Positions 8,345-20,473 of a stretch of DNA of 64,000 bases are shown piece by piece. The DNA is taken from positions 1 through 64,000 of the forward strand of contig CM038998.1 of the NCBI GenBank assembly GCA_017499595.2, given 5' to 3'. The DNA is from Psilocybe cubensis (lineage: Eukaryota). The notes under the pieces were generated by a model. That model was not told the DNA's origin, made no database searches, and saw only the letters and a program-made list of their open reading frames with translations. The translations under genes and the position numbers were made by a program. Each line of letters opens with the position of its first letter. Position 1 is the first letter of the stretch.

Positions 8345-9052
8345 AAAGAATACTAGCGCGTAAGGCGTAAAGCATTAGAAAAAAACCCTAACCGTAAGTA
8401 TTCCTTGCTACAAAGTAACAAACATCTACTTACAAGCAACACATTGGATTAAATAGCTAAACCTAAACCTAAACCCTAAACCCTAAACCCTAAGCCCTAA
8501 CCTAACCCCAACCCTAAGCTAACTAAGTCTAACCTTAGTAGGAAGTAAGGTAGGCGTGTGAACTTCCGAAAGGCATGTGATTGTGAAGGGCCGGATCTAA
8601 TTTAGTACATGGGAAAAGTTACTTAGTACCTCGGGAAAAGTTCCTTAGTACCGTGGAAACATTTTTGATGGACCGGATCATGAACTGTCCAATTAAGATT
8701 CACAACAATCAATCAATTGATTGTTAGGTAAGGACCCAGGTAAGCTATTTATACTCTTGACATGAGAATATTCCCATGTCACGGTTACTCGGAGCCACGT
8801 AACCAGAGTATTTTATATCCATGTGATTCACATCACAGTCAATAACCCACGATGTCAAAGAACAAAAGTGTTGGATCCACTTTTGACAGGTTACCATGTG
8901 CCACATCGACCCGTGACACTCTGTTCATCAGAGATCTGTCTAACTTGACAATAAACATTGACAGATTTGTGATAGTCGGTAAGATACATGACAGCTGCGC
9001 AGCATCACTTCACGCGCTGTCATCGGATGTTCCAGAACATTCCTTCTAAGAA

Positions 9053-9119
9053 TAGCCACTGAAGAGTCTATAAAGACGAAAGGGCTGGCTGCTGATAACA
9101 ATCAACAGCCCTCTGGCCT
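9053..9119 (+). ncRNA. Hammerhead ribozyme, intact
   Basis: Same core as 2974-3040 with an alternative stem III extension (UGAU-AACA-AUCA). Confidence 0.88.
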
Positions 9120-9824
9120 TCTTTCCATTTAACTCACAGTTTAAACAAGTCGCTCGCACCTCGCTTCGCTCGGTGCTCGCTCCCCCCCTAAACCCTAAAC
9201 CCTAAGCCCTAACCTAACCCCAACCCTAAGCTAACTAAGTCTAACCTTAGTAGGAAGTAAGGTAGGCGTGTGAACTTCCGAAAGGCATGTGATTGTGAAG
9301 GGCCGGATCTAATTTAGTACATGGGAAAAGTTACTTAGTACCTCGGGAAAAGTTCCTTAGTACCGTGGAAACATTTTTGATGGACCGGATCATGAACTGT
9401 CCAATTAAGATTCACAACAATCAATCAATTGATTGTTAGGTAAGGACCCAGGTAAGCTATTTATACTCTTGACATGAGAATATTCCCATGTCACGGTTAC
9501 TCGGAGCCACGTAACCAGAGTATTTTATATCCATGTGATTCACATCACAGTCAATAACCCACGATGTCAAAGAACAAAAGTGTTGGATCCACTTTTGACA
9601 GGTTACCATGTGCCACATCGACCCGTGACACTCTGTTCATCAGAGATCTGTCTAACTTGACAATAAACATTGACAGATTTGTGATAGTCGGTAAGATACA
9701 TGACAGCTGCGCAGCATCACTTCACGCGCTGTCATCGGATGTTCCAGAACATTCCTTCTAAGAATAGCCACTGAAGAGTCTATAAAGACGAAAGGGCTGG
9801 CTGCTGATAACAATCAACAGCCCT

Positions 9825-10753
9825 CAAGTACTCGTCCTCTCCCAAACTCCTGCCGCTTGTGCCTTCCCAACTCATCCGGGAGCCCTTTCGTCACTGATCT
9901 TGCCCTTGACTCGGGGACGTTTCATCGACATGTTGGCTGCCTCACGGCAAGCGGGGCCCTTTTTCTTTCACTCGCTCACGCCTTCTATGTTGGGTTACGG
10001 AGGTCATACAAACTCGTTTTAGTCTAGCTGCGGGGATATCCAGCTATGATGACTTTGTAATTCGAGGGCGCGCAGTTCTTCAATGGGTATGGACATCAGG
10101 TGAGAGTACACTGGGGGTTGTCAGGACCAGCTCTGCTGGATACGCTCCTGGCAAGTCGGTTGCAGCCGGCGACACTACCGAATTGCTGGGACGTCCTAAA
10201 GCTTGTGGGTACCGCCGACCGCTGGAAACAGCCTAGGCACCGGTGGCGACCGGGTATGGTAACAATCCCCAAGATTCAGCGAACGCTGGAATGGATAATC
10301 AGCAGCGAATCCGTAACGGTCACGCCGACGGAAGCGTTCAACGACTAGGTGGTAGTGGGGTCTTCGGATCTTAAGATATAGTCTTGGGAGTGGGGAAACC
10401 CACATCTGGTATCTAAACCGCGCCTCGCTGCTTACGAGGACGGCCCGAAGTCCAGAACCGCTTAAAACGCGGGTGACCCGGCCTCCCCTTAGTAAAGGGA
10501 GTTAACACAAGGATGGACAAATAGTTCGTCGCCGGAAATGAACCTGTGGCTGTAATGGCTGATGTGGCGCCCCTTGGTAAAGGGCTTAAAGGGTATTAGC
10601 CTGCCATGTCCAATGGCATGAGAGTGTCCCTTGGTAAAGGACTTAATAGGCAATAGCCTGCTCTTTTGTCATGAGCGGTATGTAGTGATCGTTTGCCTGT
10701 ACGGTAGCGCCCATTGCTTGCACTGGTCCACGCCCGTAAAAAATCACGAGCCG
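9825..10753 (+). ncRNA. Group I intron copy 2
   Basis: Near-identical to 3773-4701 with the same U|...G boundaries. Confidence 0.93.
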
Positions 10754-10865
10754 CTGGCCTTCTTTCCATTTAACTCACAGTTTAAACAAGTCGCTCGCAC
10801 CTCGCTTCGCTCGGTGCTCGCTCCCCCCCTAAACCCAACGACTTTGCTATTACCCAACAGCTACT

Positions 10866-13800
10866 ATGTCTTCCACTTACTCTGCTGCCTTCTCTCGTGC
10901 CATGTCCCCCACCCTGGACGCACTCACCCAGGCTGTCGTCAACAACACAGTTTTTGGCGTCAACGACGAAGCTGGCCGCCACAACGCCCTCATCGACGAG
11001 TTGGCCACTGTCGTCATCAAGAAAATAGCTGAGTGCCGCTCCATTGACCAGATTGTAGACTGCGTCTTTTTTGACTATCGTGCTGCCCTTAGGGAGTTTC
11101 TCCTCAACCTCGCATCGTGGTGCGATAAGAGGGAAACAGTCAAGGCTAGCCTCGAGCGCCTTGAACTTGCCGTTAGCGCAGGCAACACCCCCAATCGCCT
11201 TCGGGTGAAGGCTCCCGAGTTCCAACTTACGAAGGAATTCGCGGATGCCGGGTCAGCGGAAGCTCTTCGAGTTTCCTCTACGTTCTCCACCGCTCGTGAT
11301 GTCTTCCAAAAGGCAATCAACGACGGCGCCATTCAGGCGAAAAAGGACGAACTGGCCTTTTGGGATGATAAATGCGCACTCAATAACTGTTATGAAGCTG
11401 CTGCCCTCATCGTTAAGACAACTTACGATGATCGCAAATCCAGCTATAAGCTCCCCGTTTTCTCTACAGACAACAAGGGAGTTCGTCGAATAACAGATTG
11501 GGTAGTGTCACCGCAGAAGAAGGCTGAATGCAGCGCATTGCAAACCATTTTGCCAGCCATCTTCTCTCATATCAAACAGATTGTCAACTTGCGCCACCGC
11601 GCTTTGGCAATCAAGATTGAGAAAAAGCGGTCGACTGCGGCAACAGCCGATGTCGAGATGGCCGATGCGACCAAACCAGGTCCATCGATTCAATCCCTTA
11701 TTGATAAGGGCTTGAATGCACGTCTCAAGAAGCTCAACCTTGGATCTGTGGGCAAGAAGGCAAGTTCTCGTAACCCTTCACCCATAATTCTGGATACTAA
11801 TTACTATTCTAATTACCCAGACTTTGTCTGGCCAGAATTCGTCCAAGGCTCCTCAACCTCAGGCCAAGAAAGCTGGCCCTTCGAAATTCAAACCCTCGTC
11901 GACGCCTTCGCAGAAGAAGCCCCAAACCAAGGCTTCCAACAAGGTCGACAACAAGAAGAAAGGGAAGGGGAGAGCTCCCGTCAAGAACGATCCAAAGGGA
12001 AAGGGAAAGGCAAGAGCCTAGACGCGCGGTCTAATGTAGTACCTTTTACGTCGGTAAGACCCGCCTTCCCCAACTCTATTCCTGACGATATACTCACCAT
12101 GACTAAAACAGACGCAGTTTCTTTTGTACACTTACATACGCCGATCTCATTCTTGTTGGCTGGCCAGTATCGTAGTAGTGTACACTGTAGTCCTGGTGTG
12201 GTGGTCCCTGTAGATATAGCAAATGATTTGTCACTCGGACTCAATTATATGTTTTTTACTCTACCTTCTCAAAGTCTGATCATGCAAGCATGGAATGATT
12301 TTCAACGAAGAATAAGATGGCGTATCTATTTTTTGTTTAAGGAAGGCATGAACAAACCTTTTGATCCAGATTACGGAGTAAGCTCAAAAAAGAAAGAGAA
12401 ACCTCCAGTATTACCGCAATACATGGAACTTGGCCTTTCGATGGGACGTCGGTACGTGCAACGCACGATCGCAAGTATCCCGGAAGAAGCCCTTACGGAG
12501 ATGCGAAAGCACGCGTTCTCTCCTAAAAGGGACAAGATCCGTAAGTTTCTTATCGATAACAACTATGTTATTACGATGACAGATAAGAATCTTGGCCTCG
12601 CGGTGTCTGAACGCGACTGGATATTAAGGAATGAGCTCAATCTTCTTGAAGATGAACGTAACTATGAAGAGTTAGAATTCGAAGTTGCGCAAGAAGTAAT
12701 GAAGAGCAAAATGATCCAGATGCAAACTCTTGCACGTACCGTCGAAGATGAACATCTGTTTCTATTTGAACTTGGGTTGTCTCGATTCTTTCTATCGAAT
12801 GTACCGGAAGACGGATCATCGTTCAAGTATCCTCAATTTCATGGTATACCTAAAATCCACAAAAAACCTACTGGATTTAGGCCCATAATTCCGTGTCACT
12901 CTGTAGTATTTAATCCTGCAGCCAAGTTTGTATCAAAAGAGCTTAAGCCGATTATTAAATCGACTCCTTCAATCATTCACGGAACGAAGGATCTCTTTAC
13001 GAGATTAAGCCAATTGCGTATAGACCCCAAACGACAATGGTATTTTGTCACCGGGGATGTAGTTGCTTTCTATCCCAATATTCCGTTGGACTTGTGCATC
13101 GAAATCGTTTGTAATATGTACGAGGAATGGTTACTCAACGCTTCGGAAGAAAACACTGCATTAGCCCATATTAATCCAAATTCGTTAGAGAATAACTTGG
13201 TTAAATTGGGCATCTTTAAACGTGCTATCGAGATTGGCAATACGCAATTGATAACACAACATGGGTCTAGATATTTTAGACAAAAAAATGGCCTCGCAAT
13301 GGGCGTCGCGGATTCTCCGGACCTTGCTAACCTCTTTGGAGCCCATTTTGAAATAAAGTCAAAAATCTTAGACCACCCAAACGTGGCCTTCTATGGAAGG
13401 TACATCGACGATTGTTTCGCAATTGTTTACGCCGAGTCCGAAGCACTTGCACTTAATCTTATTAAAGAAACAATAAAGTTCGATGGTTGTGTTATCGAAT
13501 GGGCTGTTTCCTCGTCGGGATGTCAATTTCTCGATGCTTTCATATTCAAGGAGTCTGGAAAACTTCATTGGAAGCCATTTGTCAAGACAGGAAACAACCG
13601 AGAACGAGTTCCATGGGTATCACATCATCCTTTGGACGTCAAACGTGGCGTCTACATTGGAGAGTTATCCAGGTTAGCCGTGCTATGTAGTACCAAGGAA
13701 ATCTACATCGGAGCAATTAGAGACCTTAACGCTCTCTATTTGATGCGCGGTTATCCCGAAAACCTAGTCATGTCTTGGTGTAAGAAGAATATACAAGAAC

Positions 13801-14396
13801 GTTGGGAAAAGCGATTCGCTTTACGAGTCGCAGAGCACGACGAATCCATTCTTGTACTTAAAACCAGATTTGATCAGGTATGGAATTGGTTTTCAGCTGC
13901 TGAACTTGGAAAAACTGTTACCGAGTACTGGTCGGCATGGTATGAACATGCCGAGAAAGGTTTGTATAGTGCAGACTCGTCCAGACCCCTTATCAAACCA
14001 GATCCAAATTACGTTCACGACCTCGATGATGTTCGCCCGGAGCTGTTCACACAGATCCTCGTGGACGGAGAAACTGAGTTCGTACCGGATTTGAGGAAGA
14101 TAGGACTACTCGGAAGTCGTTGGATAGTATCGCGAAAACGCAATACTAATCTTTTCGACCTTGCAAATGTGTGGAAGAAAACAGTCTTTCGTAAACTGGA
14201 TGAAGACATCGCTGAAAAAGGTGGTGTTGTTCCCGAAACTCAAAACGTTAATGAAACTTATCATTCTGCTTTAGTTGAAGCTGCTGAACAGATAAGTATC
14301 GAAAGTGATAACGAGATAATACTTCATAGACGTTCAATCTCACAAGAGAGGGAACATCCAGAATTCGGCAGAATATCCAAATCTTACAACCGATGA
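10866..14396 (+). CDS. PLE ORF1-RT polyprotein, 1176 aa
   Basis: Intact ORF with the YIDD RT core. Confidence 0.93.
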   Translation: MSSTYSAAFSRAMSPTLDALTQAVVNNTVFGVNDEAGRHNALIDELATVVIKKIAECRSIDQIVDCVFFDYRAALREFLLNLASWCDKRETVKASLERLELAVSAGNTPNRLRVKAPEFQLTKEFADAGSAEALRVSSTFSTARDVFQKAINDGAIQAKKDELAFWDDKCALNNCYEAAALIVKTTYDDRKSSYKLPVFSTDNKGVRRITDWVVSPQKKAECSALQTILPAIFSHIKQIVNLRHRALAIKIEKKRSTAATADVEMADATKPGPSIQSLIDKGLNARLKKLNLGSVGKKASSRNPSPIILDTNYYSNYPDFVWPEFVQGSSTSGQESWPFEIQTLVDAFAEEAPNQGFQQGRQQEEREGESSRQERSKGKGKGKSLDARSNVVPFTSVRPAFPNSIPDDILTMTKTDAVSFVHLHTPISFLLAGQYRSSVHCSPGVVVPVDIANDLSLGLNYMFFTLPSQSLIMQAWNDFQRRIRWRIYFLFKEGMNKPFDPDYGVSSKKKEKPPVLPQYMELGLSMGRRYVQRTIASIPEEALTEMRKHAFSPKRDKIRKFLIDNNYVITMTDKNLGLAVSERDWILRNELNLLEDERNYEELEFEVAQEVMKSKMIQMQTLARTVEDEHLFLFELGLSRFFLSNVPEDGSSFKYPQFHGIPKIHKKPTGFRPIIPCHSVVFNPAAKFVSKELKPIIKSTPSIIHGTKDLFTRLSQLRIDPKRQWYFVTGDVVAFYPNIPLDLCIEIVCNMYEEWLLNASEENTALAHINPNSLENNLVKLGIFKRAIEIGNTQLITQHGSRYFRQKNGLAMGVADSPDLANLFGAHFEIKSKILDHPNVAFYGRYIDDCFAIVYAESEALALNLIKETIKFDGCVIEWAVSSSGCQFLDAFIFKESGKLHWKPFVKTGNNRERVPWVSHHPLDVKRGVYIGELSRLAVLCSTKEIYIGAIRDLNALYLMRGYPENLVMSWCKKNIQERWEKRFALRVAEHDESILVLKTRFDQVWNWFSAAELGKTVTEYWSAWYEHAEKGLYSADSSRPLIKPDPNYVHDLDDVRPELFTQILVDGETEFVPDLRKIGLLGSRWIVSRKRNTNLFDLANVWKKTVFRKLDEDIAEKGGVVPETQNVNETYHSALVEAAEQISIESDNEIILHRRSISQEREHPEFGRISKSYNR

Positions 14397-15104
14397 AAAG
14401 AATACTAGCGCGTAAGGCGTAAAGCATTAGAAAAAAACCCTAACCGTAAGTATTCCTTGCTACAAAGTAACAAACATCTACTTACAAGCAACACATTGGA
14501 TTAAATAGCTAAACCTAAACCTAAACCCTAAACCCTAAACCCTAAGCCCTAACCTAACCCCAACCCTAAGCTAACTAAGTCTAACCTTAGTAGGAAGTAA
14601 GGTAGGCGTGTGAACTTCCGAAAGGCATGTGATTGTGAAGGGCCGGATCTAATTTAGTACATGGGAAAAGTTACTTAGTACCTCGGGAAAAGTTCCTTAG
14701 TACCGTGGAAACATTTTTGATGGACCGGATCATGAACTGTCCAATTAAGATTCACAACAATCAATCAATTGATTGTTAGGTAAGGACCCAGGTAAGCTAT
14801 TTATACTCTTGACATGAGAATATTCCCATGTCACGGTTACTCGGAGCCACGTAACCAGAGTATTTTATATCCATGTGATTCACATCACAGTCAATAACCC
14901 ACGATGTCAAAGAACAAAAGTGTTGGATCCACTTTTGACAGGTTACCATGTGCCACATCGACCCGTGACACTCTGTTCATCAGAGATCTGTCTAACTTGA
15001 CAATAAACATTGACAGATTTGTGATAGTCGGTAAGATACATGACAGCTGCGCAGCATCACTTCACGCGCTGTCATCGGATGTTCCAGAACATTCCTTCTA
15101 AGAA

Positions 15105-15171
15105 TAGCCACTGAAGAGTCTATAAAGACGAAAGGGCTGGCTGCTGATAACAATCAACAGCCCTCTGGCCT
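15105..15171 (+). ncRNA. Hammerhead ribozyme, intact
   Basis: CUGAAGA...GAAA...CUC core with stems I-III. Confidence 0.88.
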
Positions 15172-15901
15172 TCTTTCCATTTAACTCACAGTTTAAACAA
15201 GTCGCTCGCACCTCGCTTCGCTCGGTGCTCGCTCCCCCCCTAACCCTAAACCTAAACCTAAACCCTAAACCCTAAACCCTAAGCCCTAACCTAACCCCAA
15301 CCCTAAGCTAACTAAGTCTAACCTTAGTAGGAAGTAAGGTAGGCGTGTGAACTTCCGAAAGGCATGTGATTGTGAAGGGCCGGATCTAATTTAGTACATG
15401 GGAAAAGTTACTTAGTACCTCGGGAAAAGTTCCTTAGTACCGTGGAAACATTTTTGATGGACCGGATCATGAACTGTCCAATTAAGATTCACAACAATCA
15501 ATCAATTGATTGTTAGGTAAGGACCCAGGTAAGCTATTTATACTCTTGACATGAGAATATTCCCATGTCACGGTTACTCGGAGCCACGTAACCAGAGTAT
15601 TTTATATCCATGTGATTCACATCACAGTCAATAACCCACGATGTCAAAGAACAAAAGTGTTGGATCCACTTTTGACAGGTTACCATGTGCCACATCGACC
15701 CGTGACACTCTGTTCATCAGAGATCTGTCTAACTTGACAATAAACATTGACAGATTTGTGATAGTCGGTAAGATACATGACAGCTGCGCAGCATCACTTC
15801 ACGCGCTGTCATCGGATGTTCCAGAACATTCCTTTTAAGAATAGCCACTGAAGAGTCTATAAAGACGAAAGGGCTGGCTGCTGATAACAATCAACAGCCC
15901 T

Positions 15902-16830
15902 CAAGTACTCGTCCTCTCCCAAACTCCTGCCGCTTGTGCCTTCCCAACTCATCCGGGAGCCCTTTCGTCACTGATCTTGCCCTTGACTCGGGGACGTTTC
16001 ATCGACATGTTGGCTGCCTCACGGCAAGCGGGGCCCTTTTTCTTTCACTCGCTCACGCCTTCTATGTTGGGTTACGGAGGTCATACAAACTCGTTTTAGT
16101 CTAGCTGCGGGGTTATCCAGCTATGATGACTTTGTAATTCGAGGGCGCGCAGTTCTTCAATGGGTATGGACATCAGGTGAGAGTACACTGGGGGTTGTCA
16201 GGACCAGCTCTGCTGGATACGCTCCTGGCAAGTCGGTTGCAGCCGGCGACACTACCGAATTGCTGGGACGTCCTAAAGCTTGTGGGTACCGCCGACCGCT
16301 GGAAACAGCCTAGGCACCGGTGGCGACCGGGTATGGTAACAATCCCCAAGATTCAGCGAAAGCTGGAATGGATAATCAGCAGCGAATCCGTAACGGTCAC
16401 GCCGACGGAAGCGTTCAACGACTAGGTGGTAGTGGGGTCTTCGGATCTTAAGATATAGTCTTGGGAGTGGGGAAACCCACATCTGGTATCTAAACCGCGC
16501 CTCGCTGCTTACGAGGACGGCCCGAAGTCCAGAACCGCTTAAAACGCGGGTGACCCGGCCTCCCCTTAGTAAAGGGAGTTAACACAAGGATGGACAAATA
16601 GTTCGTCGCCGGAAATGAACCTGTGGCTGTAATGGCTGATGTGGCGCCCCTTGGTAAAGGGCTTAAAGGGTATTAGCCTGCCATGTCCAATGGCATGAGA
16701 GTGTCCCTTGGTAAAGGACTTAATAGGCAATAGCCTGCTCTTTTGTCATGAGCGGTATGTAGTGATCGTTTGCCTGTACGGTAGCGCCCATTGCTTGCAC
16801 TGGTCCACGCCCGTAAAAAATCACGAGCCG
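15902..16830 (+). ncRNA. Group I intron copy 3
   Basis: Near-identical to 3773-4701. Confidence 0.93.
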
Positions 16831-16942
16831 CTGGCCTTCTTTCCATTTAACTCACAGTTTAAACAAGTCGCTCGCACCTCGCTTCGCTCGGTGCTCGCTC
16901 CCCCCCTAAACCCAACGACTTTGCTATTACCCAACAGCTACT

Positions 16943-19900
16943 ATGTCTTCCACTTACTCTGCTGCCTTCTCTCGTGCCATGTCCCCCACCCTGGACGCAC
17001 TCACCCAGGCTGTCGTCAACAACACAGTTTTTGGCGTCAACGACGAAGCTGGCCGCCACAACGCCCTCATCGACGAGTTGGCCACTGTCGTCATCAAGAA
17101 AATAGCTGAGTGCCGCTCCATTGACCAGATTGTAGACTGCGTCTTTTTTGACTATCGTGCTACCCTTAGGGAGTTTCTCCTCAACCTCGCATCGTGGTGC
17201 GATAAGAGGGAAACAGTCAAGGCTAGCCTCGAGCGCCTTGAACTTGCCGTTAGCGCAGGCAACACCCCCAATCGCCTTCGGGTAAAGGCTCCCGAGTTCC
17301 AACTTACGAAGGAATTCGCGGATGCCGGGTCAGCGGAAGCTCTTCGAGTTTCCTCTACGTTCTCCACCGCTCGTGATGTCTTCCAAAAGGCAATCAACGA
17401 CGGCGCCATTCAGGCGAAAAAGGACGAACTGGCCTTTTGGGATGATAAATGCGCACTCAATAACTGTTATGAAGCTGCTGCCCTCATCGTTAAGACAACT
17501 TACGATGATCGCAAATCCAGCTATAAGCTCCCCGTTTTCTCTACAGACAACAAGGGAGTTCGTCGAATAACAGATTGGGTAGTGTCACCGCAGAAGAAGG
17601 CTGAATGCAGCGCATTGCAAACCATTTTGCCAGCCATCTTCTCTCATATCAAACAGATTGTCAACTTGCGCCACCGCGCTTTGGCAATCAAGATTGAGAA
17701 AAAGCGGTCGACTGCGGCAACAGCCGATGTCGAGATGGCCGATGCGACCAAACCAGGTCCATCGATTCAATCCCTTATTGATAAGGGCTTGAATGCACGT
17801 CTCAAGAAGCTCAACCTTGGATCTGTGGGCAAGAAGGCAAGTTCTCGTAACCCTTCACCCATAATTCTGGATACTAATTACTATTCTAATTACCCAGACT
17901 TTGTCTGGCCAGAATTCGTCCAAGGCTCCTCAACCTCAGGCCAAGAAAGCTGGCCCTTCGAAATTCAAACCCTCGTCGACGCCTTCGCAGAAGAAGCCCC
18001 AAACCAAGGCTTCCAACAAGGTCGACAACAAGAAGAAAGGGAAGGGGAGAGCTCCCGTCAAGAACGATCCAAAGGGAAAGGGAAAGGCAAGAGCCTAGAC
18101 GCGCGGTCTAATGTAGTACCTTTTACGTCGGTAAGACCCGCCTTCCCCAACTCTATTCCTGACGATATACTCACCATGACTAAAACAGACGCAGTTTCTT
18201 TTGTACACTTACATACGCCGATCTCATTCTTGTTGGCTGGCCAGTATCGTAGTAGTGTACACTGTAGTCCTGGTGTGGTGGTCCCTGTAGATATAGCAAA
18301 TGATTTGTCACTCGGACTCAATTATATGTTTTTTACTCTGCCTTCTCAAAGTCTGATCATGCAAGCATGGAATGATTTTCAACGAAGAATAAGATGGCGT
18401 ATCTATTTTTTGTTTAAGGAAGGCATGAACAAACCTTTTGATCCAGATTACGGAGTAAGCTCAAAAAAGAAAGAGAAACCTCCAGTATTACCGCAATACA
18501 TGGAACTTGGCCTTTCGATGGGACGTCGGTACGTGCAACGCACGATCGCAAGTATCCCGGAAGAAGCCCTTACGGAGATGCGAAAGCACGCGTTCTCTCC
18601 TAAAAGGGACAAGATCCGTAAGTTTCTTATCGATAACAACTATGTTATTACGATGACAGATAAGAATCTTGGCCTCGCGGTGTCTGAACGCGACTGGATA
18701 TTAAGGAATGAGCTCAATCTTCTTGAAGATGAACGTAACTATGAAGAGTTAGAATTCGAAGTTGCGCAAGAAGTAATGAAGAGCAAAATGATCCAGATGC
18801 AAACTCTTGCACGTACCGTCGAAGATGAACATCTGTTTCTATTTGAACTTGGGTTGTCTCGATTCTTTCTATCGAATGTACCGGAAGACGGATCATCGTT
18901 CAAGTATCCTCAATTTCATGGTATACCTAAAATCCACAAAAAACCTACTGGATTTAGGCCCATAATTCCGTGTCACTCTGTAGTATTTAATCCTGCAGCC
19001 AAGTTTGTATCAAAAGAGCTTAAGCCGATTATTAAATCGACTCCTTCAATCATTCACGGAACGAAGGATCTCTTTACGAGATTAAGCCAATTGCGTATAG
19101 ACCCCAAACGACAATGGTATTTTGTCACCGGGGATGTAGTTGCTTTCTATCCCAATATTCCGTTGGACTTGTGCATCGAAATCGTTTGTAATATGTACGA
19201 GGAATGGTTACTCAACGCTTCGGAAGAAAACACTGCATTAGCCCATATTAATCCAAATTCGTTAGAGAATAACTTGGTTAAATTGGGCATCTTTAAACGT
19301 GCTATCGAGATTGGCAATACGCAATTGATAACACAACATGGGTCTAGATATTTTAGACAAAAAAATGGCCTCGCAATGGGCGTCGCGGATTCTCCGGACC
19401 TTGCTAACCTCTTTGGAGCCCATTTTGAAATAAAGTCAAAAATCTTAGACCACCCAAACGTGGCCTTCTATGGAAGGTACATCGACGATTGTTTCGCAAT
19501 TGTTTACGCCGAGTCCGAAGCACTTGCACTTAATCTTATTAAAGAAACAATAAAGTTCGATGGTTGTGTTATCGAATGGGCTGTTTCCTCGTCGGGATGT
19601 CAATTTCTCGATGCTTTCATATTCAAGGAGTCTGGAAAACTTCATTGGAAGCCATTTGTCAAGACAGGAAACAACCGAGAACGAGTTCCATGGGTATCAC
19701 ATCATCCTTTGGACGTCAAACGTGGCGTCTACATTGGAGAGTTATCCAGGTTAGCCGTGCTATGTAGTACCAAGGAAATCTACATCGGAGCAATTAGAGA
19801 CCTTAACGCTCTCTATTTGATGCGCGGTTATCCCGAAAACCTAGTCATGTCTTGGTGTAAGAAGAATATACAAGAACGTTGGGAAAAGCGATTCGCTTTA

Positions 19901-20473
19901 CGAGTCGCAGAGCACGACGAATCCATTCTTGTACTTAAAACCAGATTTGATCAGGTATGGAATTGGTTTTCAGCTGCTGAACTTGGAAAAACTGTTACCG
20001 AGTACTGGTCGGCATGGTATGAACATGCCGAGAAAGGTTTGTATAGTGCAGACTCGTCCAGACCCCTTATCAAACCAGATCCAAATTACGTTCACGACCT
20101 CGATGATGTTCGCCCGGAGCTGTTCACACAGATCCTCGTGGACGGAGAAACTGAGTTCGTACCGGATTTGAGGAAGATAGGACTACTCGGAAGTCGTTGG
20201 ATAGTATCGCGAAAACGCAATACTAATCTTTTCGACCTTGCAAATGTGTGGAAGAAAACAGTCTTTCGTAAACTGGATGAAGACATCGCTGAAAAAGGTG
20301 GTGTTGTTCCCGAAACTCAAAACGTTAATGAAACTTATCATTCTGCTTTAGTTGAAGCTGCTGAACAGATAAGTATCGAAAGTGATAACGAGATAATACT
20401 TCATAGACGTTCAATCTCACAAGAGAGGGAACATCCAGAATTCGGCAGAATATCCAAATCTTACAACCGATGA
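16943..20473 (+). CDS. PLE ORF1-RT polyprotein, 1176 aa
   Basis: Intact ORF with the YIDD RT core. Confidence 0.93.
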   Translation: MSSTYSAAFSRAMSPTLDALTQAVVNNTVFGVNDEAGRHNALIDELATVVIKKIAECRSIDQIVDCVFFDYRATLREFLLNLASWCDKRETVKASLERLELAVSAGNTPNRLRVKAPEFQLTKEFADAGSAEALRVSSTFSTARDVFQKAINDGAIQAKKDELAFWDDKCALNNCYEAAALIVKTTYDDRKSSYKLPVFSTDNKGVRRITDWVVSPQKKAECSALQTILPAIFSHIKQIVNLRHRALAIKIEKKRSTAATADVEMADATKPGPSIQSLIDKGLNARLKKLNLGSVGKKASSRNPSPIILDTNYYSNYPDFVWPEFVQGSSTSGQESWPFEIQTLVDAFAEEAPNQGFQQGRQQEEREGESSRQERSKGKGKGKSLDARSNVVPFTSVRPAFPNSIPDDILTMTKTDAVSFVHLHTPISFLLAGQYRSSVHCSPGVVVPVDIANDLSLGLNYMFFTLPSQSLIMQAWNDFQRRIRWRIYFLFKEGMNKPFDPDYGVSSKKKEKPPVLPQYMELGLSMGRRYVQRTIASIPEEALTEMRKHAFSPKRDKIRKFLIDNNYVITMTDKNLGLAVSERDWILRNELNLLEDERNYEELEFEVAQEVMKSKMIQMQTLARTVEDEHLFLFELGLSRFFLSNVPEDGSSFKYPQFHGIPKIHKKPTGFRPIIPCHSVVFNPAAKFVSKELKPIIKSTPSIIHGTKDLFTRLSQLRIDPKRQWYFVTGDVVAFYPNIPLDLCIEIVCNMYEEWLLNASEENTALAHINPNSLENNLVKLGIFKRAIEIGNTQLITQHGSRYFRQKNGLAMGVADSPDLANLFGAHFEIKSKILDHPNVAFYGRYIDDCFAIVYAESEALALNLIKETIKFDGCVIEWAVSSSGCQFLDAFIFKESGKLHWKPFVKTGNNRERVPWVSHHPLDVKRGVYIGELSRLAVLCSTKEIYIGAIRDLNALYLMRGYPENLVMSWCKKNIQERWEKRFALRVAEHDESILVLKTRFDQVWNWFSAAELGKTVTEYWSAWYEHAEKGLYSADSSRPLIKPDPNYVHDLDDVRPELFTQILVDGETEFVPDLRKIGLLGSRWIVSRKRNTNLFDLANVWKKTVFRKLDEDIAEKGGVVPETQNVNETYHSALVEAAEQISIESDNEIILHRRSISQEREHPEFGRISKSYNR

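Larger units (their letters stand above)
3113..9190 (+). mobile_element. Full-length PLE copy 1 (intron-bearing 5' pLTR, ORF, intronless 3' pLTR); ends approximate
   Basis: Direct ~0.7 kb repeats at about 3113-4783 (with a 929-nt insert) and about 8458-9190 flank a 1176 aa ORF. Confidence 0.92.
9191..15240 (+). mobile_element. Full-length PLE copy 2; ends approximate
   Basis: Near-identical to copy 1 at an offset of 6052. Confidence 0.92.
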
